Of a stretch of DNA of 64,000 nt, positions 50,701 to 61,048 are shown piece by piece. The position numbers and the translations under genes were made by a program. The notes under the pieces are model-generated. The model did not search any database and had not been told where the DNA came from. It saw only the letters and a program-made list of their open reading frames with translations. This DNA comes from Azolla caroliniana. Its lineage: Eukaryota; Plantae; Polypodiophyta. Numbering within the stretch: the stretch's first letter is position 1; the number at the start of each line of letters is the position of its first letter. The stretch is from the NCBI GenBank assembly GCA_043228905.1, contig JBHGNT010000017.1, positions 16,430,001 through 16,494,000 of the forward strand. The letters are read 5' to 3'.

Positions 50701-53250
50701 CGAGAGACTCTATCATGTCCCAAACCAACCACCCATCCCAATGCCTTCCACGTCCCGACCTAACATGAGGACACTTTTCACGACCTCTAGGGTCACGAAG
50801 GTCATAAAAAAATTACAACATAGGAAATCCATGGACCACATATGATTGTGAGCCGAGCACATCATATATGCTCGAGAGTGCCTAGCCCCCTTTCTCACTT
50901 TAATCTTCAACCATGCCCTCGCCGAGGGTTTTCCACCACAATGGACCATGAACACAGTGACCCCTATACATAAAGGAGGGGACCCAATGGACCCAAATAC
51001 ATATAGGACCATTATGATAGGTCATACGCTCGCTAAACTATATGGTGCGGTAATGGAAGTGGAACTCAACGATTATATGGAAACATTAAGTCTTCGAGCA
51101 CCTAAGCAAGCTGCCTTTAGACGAGCCTTCTCCATTATTGACCATATCTTCACACTTAGGTGCTTAATTGACCAGACGAAGGCTCGTAAGAAGAAACTAT
51201 ATTGTTGCTTTGTGGACTTCCGCAAAGCCTTTAACACGGTTCCTAGGGAGAAGTTGTTTCATAGACTTAAGAGCTTGCAGATACCAAATGACATGCTTTG
51301 GTCCATTTATGCCCTATATGAGCAAGTCTCTAGGTGCGTAAGATGCCCATGTGGCCTATCCGATTGTTTCACTAGGACCATTGGTGTAAAACAAGGTTGC
51401 CCCCTATCGCCGACTCTTTTTGGGAACTACATTGATGAGATCACTGATTTTATTGCTCGTAAGGGAGGCAAGGGAGTAGCTATTAGGGATACGCATGTTA
51501 GTCTCTTACTCTACGCTGACGACATTGTCTTGCTCTCGGAGTCAGAACATGACCTACAAAAGCATCTTAATGCCCTAGATGACTTTTGTCCGCAACGAGG
51601 ACTAGTAATGAATTTAACAAAAACTAAAGTCCTTATCTTTCATACATCGTCCCGAGTTAGGAGTAAATGTCACCTAATCGTCTCTCATAAACTAGTTGAG
51701 GTAGTTGGATCATATGTATACTTGGGAGTCACTTTTAGTGCTTGCTCAAGTAAATTCTCGATGACCCAGGCAACCAAAGATAGGCTAACGAGAGGGTATG
51801 CATCCCTCTCACTCTTAGAGAGACAATGCCACTAGGCATACTTTCAAGAGCCATGGACTAAGGCATGGCTCTTTTACTCATTAGTAACCCCTTCCCTCAT
51901 GTATGCATCAGTAGTATGGGCCCTAGGTCTACCATCTTTCATGTGGACGCAATTAGAGAGACCTTTGGTGACAATGTTATCACGTCAACTCCGAAGAAAA
52001 TCAATAGTACCACATGACATTATTAGAGCAGAGTTCAATTTGCCCCCGATGTTAGTAGAAGCATTGTTTTCAAGTGGTAGTTTTTATTCATCGAATACAT
52101 AGCCAACCACAAGATAGGATATCCCGTCGAGCCTTTGAGGCATCTTGATCCCTACATGCGTCTCAAGACACTAGCTCTTGGTTAGCACTGTGGTGAGTTA
52201 GTTACTTGCAAACGACATAGACATTAATAACCTACCCCCCCTTAAGTACAACCATGGGACTGACCAAACTCTAATATCTCATGAAGACCGTAATAAAGTG
52301 ATATGCCAAGAAATATGGCAAATTTACACTCGATATAAATGGATCACCCCACGAGAGCCACTCCCATCTAAAATGTTGTACTATAAGGAACACTTCTTGC
52401 ACTTCTCTCAGTTAGGTTTTATTACACAACCAAGATATCTAGATACATTCTTATCAAATGCACTAAGGGCGGCCATTGGACAACTTAGGATATCATCTCA
52501 CCAACTTGAGATTGAGAATGGTTGGGCTAATAGAGTCCCTAGGGAGGAAAGGCTATGTAGGTTGTGCCACATAGAGATAGAGGATGAGTATCACTTCACA
52601 TGCAAGTCCCAACTTATGCCGAGATACGAGTGGAATACCAAGACATATTAGGACCCTCTCCAAACTATTTGATACCCAGGATGTAAAGAGACTAGGTAGG
52701 TATATCTTAGAGCTAAAACAACATAGGGAGAATAAATTACAAAGTATTAACCATAACCTTTTTACTATTCATCAACTTGTAACTAGTGTAATTTTTCAAG
52801 AACAAGGGGAGACGATGAATGTGGATACACTTACGTTGCTCGGCCTCTCTCTTGAGGACGCTGAAACACAAAGAACAACCAAACGCCCTCGGATGTTGGG
52901 CTTCAAAACAAGTCAACATGGAGTAGAAAGGATTAAGAAGATAAGGGAACGTGAGCTACGTCGACTAGAAGCTATGGTTGGGGTACTTTTTACATTGGGG
53001 CCACGGGCCGCATCCACATCGAAACCCTTTGACCTCCCGCTTCTCTTCGAGAGACTTGGATGGAAATGAAATTAGGCCTAGTATAACATCATTTTCATTG
53101 TAGTACATGTTTGTTATTCTATTTTACTAGCACTATTTGGCTTAAAACTCTATTTGTATTTATTTTTATTTTTTACTTTCGATGAATGGGTAAATATCCC
53201 ATTTTTTGTTGTAAACCATTTGTCTCATTGGCCAATTTTGGCCTTAGAAA
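47701..53250 (+). mobile_element. Near full-length RTE-X-like LINE, copy 1: (GTC)-rich 5'UTR, ORF1 ~48018-48790, ORF2 ~48829-53069 (APE, RT, C-terminal CCHC), inactivated
   Basis: ORF1 coiled coil + RRLNVRVTGLKE + IYLDEDLT; ORF2 MTLWNCNG, GSGGVAIL, VGDFNART, STVDYL, ADH, FVDFRKAF, GVKQGCPLSPTLF, LLYADD, YLGVTF, LRISSHQLEIENG...REERLCRLC..EDEYHF; stops and frameshifts. Confidence 0.92.
49019..49547. mobile_element. Non-autonomous hAT-like MITE inserted in the LINE endonuclease domain
   Basis: TIR TAACAATCGGCAA...TTGCCGATTGTTA; 8-bp TSD CTAGAGGG (49011-49018 and 49548-49555); subterminal AACCG/CGGTT arrays; AT-rich core. Removing it restores RHTTRGSGGVAIL. Confidence 0.9.
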
Positions 53251-55587
53251 AACTTAAAGAGGAAAACACAAACCTCAAACAACAACTTAATGACATCAAG
53301 ATATCTCGAGAGGACGGTGAAATATCCTCCATAGAGGATATAAAAGATGAGAACAAAAAAGTTAAAGAGGAGGTTAAAAATAACATAGAGCTAGCAAAAA
53401 CGGGTTGGGTAGATGTGGTTAAAAGAAACATTAAAAAAGAAATAAAGGATGAAAATATTGTTAATACCACCCTCGAAGAGGAGAAAATGCGTCAGGCCCG
53501 ACGCCTAAATGTGCGTGTCACTGGGCTCAAGGAAGGTGCATCCCCGGACGAGGATGCACAAACACTCGGGAAAATGTTAGGGTACACAACGACCCTACCT
53601 ATCACCAAAGCTTGGAGGGCCGGACGCGACACAACTAGGAAGAGAGGCTTAGTTCTTCAATTTAAAGACTTAGACTCTAGAATCACTTTCTTTAAGAAGA
53701 GACCAATTCTTCGAGGATTGGGTGGGGACCCTATCTATCTCGATGAAGACCTCACCAAGATGCAAATTGAGCATCGCAAGAGTTGTATGCCAAAGGTTAT
53801 GCAAGCTCGCAAAGACGGGCATCGCACCTTTTATCGAGATGGGCGAGTGATCATAAATGATCGCACTACTAATTGACGGCGTGTGGCCCATGTGACAGAA
53901 AACACACTTAGGATGACCTTATGGAATTGTAACGGTGCACTCTGGACACACCCCGGCCGCCTAGAGGGGATATTAAAGGAATCAGATATAGTTTGCCTAG
54001 TAGAAACACACCAAAGCCCAAATAGGGGACTCCCACGTCGGCCCAAGTTAGAACTAAGTGTCACCTAACTATCTCCCATAGCCCAGTTGAGGTGGTTGGA
54101 TCATGTGTCTATCTCGGAGTCACTTTCAGTGCCCGCTCAGGTAAATTTTCGATGACACAAGCAGCGAAGGATAGACTTACAAGAGGACATGCATCCCTCT
54201 CACTCCTCGAGAGACAATGCCACCAAGCATACTTCCAAGAGCCACGAACTAAAGGGTGGCTCTTTGACTCATTAGTGACTCCCTCTCTCATGTATGCATC
54301 AGCGGTTTGGGCCCCAGGACTACCATCTTTCATGTGGACGCAATTAGAGAGACCATTGGTGATGATGTTATCACGCCAACTCCGAAGCAAATCGTCGGTC
54401 CCACATGACATTATTAGGGCTGATTTCACTCTACCCCCTATGTTAGTAGAATCACTTTTTCAATTGGTAGTCTTTATACACAGGATACATAACCAACCAC
54501 TTGATAGAATATCCCACCAAGCCTTTAAGGCTTCTCGAGCACTGTATGAGTCCGGCTATACTAGCTCATGGTATGGCATGATGGTGAATTGGCTTCTTGC
54601 CAACGGTCTAGACATTACTAACCTCCCCCCCCTTAAGTACGACCACACGACTGATAACACTTTAATATCTCATGAGGACCATAATAAAGTAATACGCCAA
54701 GAAATATGGCAAATTTATACTCGGTATAAATGGATCACCCCACTAGAGCCACTCCCATCTAAAATGTCGTACTATAAGGAACACTTTATGCACTTCTCTG
54801 AGTTAGGTTTTATCACGCGCCCAAAATATCTAGATGTATTCTTACCACATGCACTAAGGGTTGCCATTGGTCAACTTAGAATATCATCTCACCAACTTGA
54901 GATTGAGAATGGACGTACTAATGGAGTCCCATAGAGGATGAGTATCATTTTACATGCAAATGCCCCACCTATGCCGAGATAAGGGCAAAATACCAAGACA
55001 TACTTGGTTCCTCTCCCACCCTCCCTAAACTATTAGATACACTAGATATAAAGAAATTAGGTAGATACATCTTAGAATTGAAACAACACAGAGAGAATAA
55101 ATTACAAAACGTTGATAATAATGTTGCTAATGTTTACCAACATATAACAAATGAAGTTTTTCAGGAACAGGGGGAGACAATGAATGTCGACACACCTGCA
55201 CCACTCGGACTTCTCCTTGATGAAGCAGAAAATCAAAGAAGAACCAAACGCCCTCGAATGTCGGGTTTCAAAGCAACTCGACGAGATGTAGAAGCAATAA
55301 AGAAAATAAGGGAACGTGAACTACACCGCCTAGAAGCCATGGCTAGGGCACTCTATGCATCGGGACCATGGGTCACACCCACACCAAAAACTTTTGACCT
55401 CCCACTTCTTTTTGAGAGACTTGGGTGGAAATGAGATTAGGCTTAGTGCAAAGTTTTGTACACTACTAGAACTTTCTTAGCTTAAGATATTTTCTTTTAT
55501 TTTTAGTTTTGATGATTGGATAAACACTCATTTTTGTTGTAACCTATTTGTCTCATGGGCCAAATTTGGCCTTAGAAGACGTTAATA

Positions 55588-55626
<39 letters not shown>
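53251..55626 (+). mobile_element. RTE-X-like LINE copy 2: 5'-truncated in ORF1, internal deletion of most EN and all RT, (CTTT)n tail
   Basis: ORF1 closely similar to copy 1. Sequence jumps at ~54037 from the equivalent of copy 1 ~48953 to ~51648. Small deletion removes REERLCRLCHIE. Ends FERLGWK*, 3'UTR, (CTTT)n then (CT)n. Confidence 0.92.
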
Positions 55627-55655
<29 letters not shown>

Positions 55656-56019
55656 GCAAGTAAGACATTCATACGTGTTCCCCTTCTGACGAGAGTGTAA
55701 TCCCTTCCCCTCTACAATGTTGTGGTCTACAACAATTCTCCTCTACACATACCATGTTCTCTTGCCACAACCTCCAAGCGTGATCCACATCCACAATATC
55801 TGCAATGACGTCTAATACTGCAACAACATCTACTAGTGGTGTGTTGCACAACTTCCATACGTGCTCTTCTACAAGAACCTCCACAACCGGTTCTATTGCA
55901 TGCTCCACGACAAACTATAATTTGTCTAATAACTTGTTGTTCTAAAACGAGTTCTTTGCAAAGCTTCAGCTGTGGGAGAAGGGGTATGTTGATGTTCTAT
56001 TTGTTTTTTAAATCTTGAA

Positions 56020-56300
56020 CGTGTCTATTAATGTTATATTCTTGTCCATATCTGTATTGTGGTAATCTTGTGCCTAATTTAGTACTGGTATGATGCTTTG
56101 TATATGCTCTCGTTTTTCTTAAATGTGTCTATTATGTTATGTTCTTGTACATGTCTATATTGTGGAAATCTTGTGCCTGATTTAGTAGTGGTATGACGTT
56201 ATGTATATGCTCTGGTTTTTTTTAAAGTGTTTGTTATGTTATATTCTTGTACATGTTTGTATTGTGGTAATCTTGTGCCTAATTTAGTAATGGTACATGC
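56020..56300. repeat. Three imperfect ~110-bp tandem repeats
   Basis: TATGTTAT.TTCTTGT.CAT.T.T.TATTGTGG.AATCTTGTGCCT.ATTTAGTA..GGTA x3. Confidence 0.8.
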
Positions 56301-56579
56301 TTGTGTGTTTGAGTACATATATGGAATTGGGAGGCAATGGTTGTGTATTATTCCTTTTTTATTTTTGTGGAAGCTTATTTAGAAGAAGAGGGAAAACCAA
56401 AAAAAAGACAAAGAAGACACCATAGAAGAAGACCCCCCCATCAAAGAAAGGGTGAAGACACCCAATAAGGAAAGAAAAAAGAGCCACAACAAAGAAAGTA
56501 AGAAGATCCCCACCAAACAAAGGGTGAAGACCCCAACAAAACATGAGTTGAAGATGTGTGTGTGTCCTTAAAGGGACAA

Positions 56580-59320
56580 AATTAGGATGGGGTTATTTCC
56601 ATCGCACATGACTTTATGAAGAAGTGAAAGAGTGGATGATGAAAACATGGGGTTTATCACAATCCGAGACAATGAGAGGATTCCACATTAGCTTCTTAAA
56701 GGAGTATATCAACACCTTCAAAGCGCGATATGAACAAGTAACTTTATGATACACAACATGTCATAACAATGAGGTAGGAACCGTTTTTGCACATGCATTT
56801 GCATGTGAAGATCAAGGTAGCATTGAAGTTGATTGGAAAGACTTTACCCATCACCGGTCAGCACATTATAGAGGGTCCTCAACTACAAACATCGGCTTGA
56901 AGTCTGAGGATACCTTTTTATATTGAAACGCTAGTTACGGCACTTGTGTCGTACAACCAGATTGCCAAAAGGAAAAGTAACACTCTAAGAAAAGCAAGAA
57001 GAGTTATTGTTGAATTAGATAGCTACAACAAAAACTAGAATACAACAATTGCTTGCTGATTTGGAAGCAATTACATTAGGTGTGATTGCGGTAGAGAAGC
57101 AATTCTTTGTGAAATCCAAAATTTAGGACGCGATGTTTTGAAAGAGGAGCTGAATAAGGAGATGAAAAATATGGTGCTCAATTAGGTTCAATGTAGAGAG
57201 ATCTTTAATAATGGATGTCTTCTCGTTTCAAAATTGATGACAAGTTGACTGTCTTAAAGCTTCATTCTAAAACCTTGCATCTTTGATGAAAGATCTAAAA
57301 GAAAAAGGTTTGAAAAATAATGTGCCCGTTTGTAGTTGACCACCCAATAGGCATGGAAAGTGTGATTACAAGTATTGCTATATCACGACAATATATTATA
57401 TTTTTCTCCTTTGAAGACTAATGCAATAAAATATCTCTCAAGCTAATATCTCCAAATTTGGTGTCTCCAAATTGCAGGTACCTATTTTGTGGCCTTGGAT
57501 TCAAGCTTAAGGCAATGGATGTTGTGATTACACCATGTTTGCATACATATCATATGCTATGTGCTAAGTATCATTTTGAGAAAATAAATACATGTATCAA
57601 GTGTAAAAGTACAATTGGGGTTGAATGGTACTTAGATCTGGGTTAAAAAGAACACTCCTTAGGTATGTGATTCTGCTATATGTCTATTTGTAGTCTATAA
57701 TTCCATTCTGCATTTGGTTTAGTAGTGGTGTAGGCCAAAGTTCATACCACATTTAGGAAAAACAAGTTTAGTACTAGCATTGCTCCACACACTATATTTT
57801 GCATCGATATGTAGGTCGTTTAGTATTGGCGTATTCATCACAATTCAGTGTGTAGTAGTAGACATGCTTCATTCTATAATTAGGTGTGCAATTCATTTAG
57901 TACTAGCATCATTCCTTTCACTATATCTAGGTGATTTACTATTGGTATAATGCATTATTCAGAATACAATTAGGTGTGTAGTTGGTTTGCTTCATTCTAT
58001 ATTTTGGTTGTTTAGTACTAATGTGGGCCCTTACACTATTTTGCATTCTATATTTAAGTTGTTTAGTACTGATGTAGACTAAATGGGCATGATGTGGTTC
58101 GGTGTTTGGGGGATTTAGTACTAATATTGTTCAAAACATTACCAAGGACTTTCTGGCTTCAGTGGATTTAGTACTGATGTAGAGCAAATGGCCATGAAAG
58201 TCTTAGCAGTTTAGTTGGTTTAGTTCTAAAATTATTCATTACATTGTTTTTTTTTTTGTGTTTGGGTGATTTAGTACTGATGAAGTACGAAGTTTGGTGT
58301 TGTTTAGTTCTTCTATGCATCTCAGTTGTTCATTATCTTATATTTCATTCTATGTGGAGGTGAAATTAGTATTGATATAGTATGAATATAGGTTTGTACT
58401 TGGCTTAGCACTGATGGAGTAGCAACTTCGTTTTGTATTTAAGTGGTGGTTTGTTTGACTCTATTTGTAGGGAGGACTCATGTTTTATTAATTACTCATG
58501 TTGAGTCTCATAATGAATGTTGTCGTATCTGATAGCACAACACCAGGGAAGGGCATTGACCAACCAAACCCCATGCTACGGCGCACAAAATCTACTGCAA
58601 ATTCCAAAGTTTGGGGTCGTTCCTTAGCTTTAACCCATGAAACTTATAATGAAGATGAATGTATGAGAAGGGCCCTTGGAATTGTAGAACATCTCACAAC
58701 AAAAACAGATTCTCCAAGCTCAGCCCTACTGGACATTGTGAAAGGTAAAGTTCACATGTTTATTCTGATTTTATAATTGTGTGTATACTTCTTATTTCTG
58801 ATGTCCAAGAGCCTACGAAGAAGCGTAATGTTGCACGGAAATTGTATGGGAAGGGGAAGAATGTAAAATTCCTTACAACGATAGGTCATGCATATTCTCA
58901 CATACTTTAAGTGTAGTAAAACTAATGACTATTACTAATGGTATGTACATTTGTTTTTAGACAATGATGAAACAATTAATGAAGCTAAAGATACTGATTC
59001 AGGGTCACAACATGAAGAAGAATTTATCACCATCCTAGGTACATATAGGCACTGCAATCATCTGACATTTATTTTGGTCATATAATAAATTGGTGACAAT
59101 AATGGTATTGGTCTAAGTGTTGATATTGTTGGGAAAAGGTGGGATGATGAAGAGCCCTAACAAAATGACTACGACACCATACCATGCACTATTGAAGACT
59201 ACGATGCCATTGCAAGTGGGGTTGAGGAGAATATTACAAACACAACCAGCCTAAAAGAGTTGACTATAGAAGTCAAGGATGACGAAGTAACAATAGGTAG
59301 GAGTGTGGACCTTTAATTTG
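56580..59320 (+). pseudogene. Decayed spliced gene with coiled coil and RING-H2 motif, probably a DNA-transposon accessory gene
   Basis: Stop-ridden frame LGWGYFH...EVDWKDF from 56582; RING-H2 remnant (Y)LFC...PCLHTYHMLC...CIKC at 57480-57605; short exon/intron-like units 58470-59300. Confidence 0.45.
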
Positions 59321-60497
59321 TATGTTATTGCCACACTCTCTCTCACAAAATGATAGTGTTGAGAATCAAGCTCAACCTAGTGCAACGTGTAAACAGACCC
59401 TTTGAGAATCTATGATCACTCAAAGGTCAAGAGTCACACCATTACTCTCTAGACATTAACTATGTGTCATAGAATCATATTTTATGACACATAACTAATG
59501 AGTTCCATATTCCCCATGACTATGAGTCTTCACATTCCCCAAGAGAGAGTAGTTGTACAGCTAATGAAGAGAGAGGGTGACCTTATATAAAGCACCCTTC
59601 TCCTACTTCATAGAGTGTCGGTTGTGACTCCTTGTAATACTACATTTTGTATTTGCTATTCTCCTTGTTAATATACACCTTCTTCTTGAGTACTTCATTT
59701 TTCTTTGATCTATTCATCTTGTGTTTTCTCTTCTCTCATCTCTTTCCTCTCACACATACACATAACACACATCTCTTCCATTGTACAAGAATCATATCCG
59801 ATTCTTTACATGGTATCAGAGTGGTTTGGTAGCTCGATCTAGCCCATCCACGTGTGTGGTACTCTATGTCGACGTTTAAGAAGAATTGGCTCATCGCTAT
59901 TGTAGTGCAACTACATAGCTCATGTTCGAGAGAGAAGGAAAAGAAGAAAGAAAGTTTCATCGACAATGAATACTCAAATGGGGAGCGCTCTCCCTAGCGA
60001 GAAGGTGGATAGAAACAACTTTGCATCTTGGTAGTACAAGATGCACCAATACCTTGTCAGCCAAGGCTATTGGAGCTATATTAAAGGAGCACAAGAAAAT
60101 CAACCCGACCCGAAAGACACTGACTACTTAACATGGGAGCAAGCATGCTCGGCTACATTCGAGAAGCCGAGACACTGAAGGAAGCATGGGAGAATCTCAA
60201 GAAGATATTCGATGTCAACACAACGGCACAAAAGCTTCAACTCCGCCAAGAGTTGAACAACGTCCAACAAAGGGATATGTCCATCACAAGCTACACCTTG
60301 AAGATCGAGGAGCTTTGTGACTCACTCGGCTCAATAAGCGCCAGTGTGGAGGATGATGAGATGGTGCAAATATGTCTCAGCGGCCTTGCACCACGGTTCA
60401 GCGCGATGAGGACCGTCGTACTAGCATGGGAGAATCAATATGATTAACCCTACTAGGAAGAAAAAATAGACTTTAACCTTAAGAAAAACAGTTACCT

Positions 60498-60676
60498 ATG
60501 GCAATACCAAAGAAACGTACTTCTAGTTCGAAAAAAAAATTCGTAATCGCGTGTGGCGAGATGGGTCAGTAAATGTGCTAGCAAGAGCTCTTTCCTCAAG
60601 CCGATCCATCTTGAGCGGTCGCTCAAAGAGCTTCTATTACGTAACAAACGAGAAAGCTTCTAGACCAAATGATTAG
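60498..60676 (+). pseudogene. rpl32: Plastid-derived rpl32 (NUPT), frameshifted in an A run
   Basis: MAIPKKRTSSSKKK then, after a 1-nt shift, IRNRVWR...ALSSSRSILSGRSKSFYY...*; flanked by AT-rich spacer-like sequence. Confidence 0.88.
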
Positions 60677-60841
60677 TCTTTCCCTATAACTAATTATAAG
60701 AATTATCGGATTTTCTAGTTGAGATAACCTAATTCAGGCTTGGCAAAATTGGTTGATGGGGTTCAGTACCCAGAGTTGTAGTAGTTGCAGTAAAAAATTG
60801 ACTATATATAATGGTATTTTTCTTCAAGTGGTTATATATAA

Positions 60842-61048
60842 TTGTTGAGAAGACCACCGGGGCGAGAAGCGTATCTGGGAGATGTTTTTCATTTGCATTC
60901 TCGTCTTTTGGAAAGAGTGGCTAAATTAAGTCTTGATTTGGGTGAAGGTAGTATGACGGCTCTACCCATCGTGGAGACCCAGGCAGGGGATGCCGCGACA
61001 TACATTCCCACCAATGTAATTTCTATTACCGATGGACAAATATTTCTA
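60842..61048 (+). pseudogene. atpA: Plastid atpA internal fragment (NUPT)
   Basis: [85 protein letters not shown] is the plastid form, not mitochondrial atp1 (GAGSLTALPVI/GQICL). Confidence 0.93.

Noticed and set aside
53154-53250. Distinct N-terminus on the second LINE ORF1
   Set aside because: It is the 3'UTR of copy 1 read in frame by chance from a non-ATG start.
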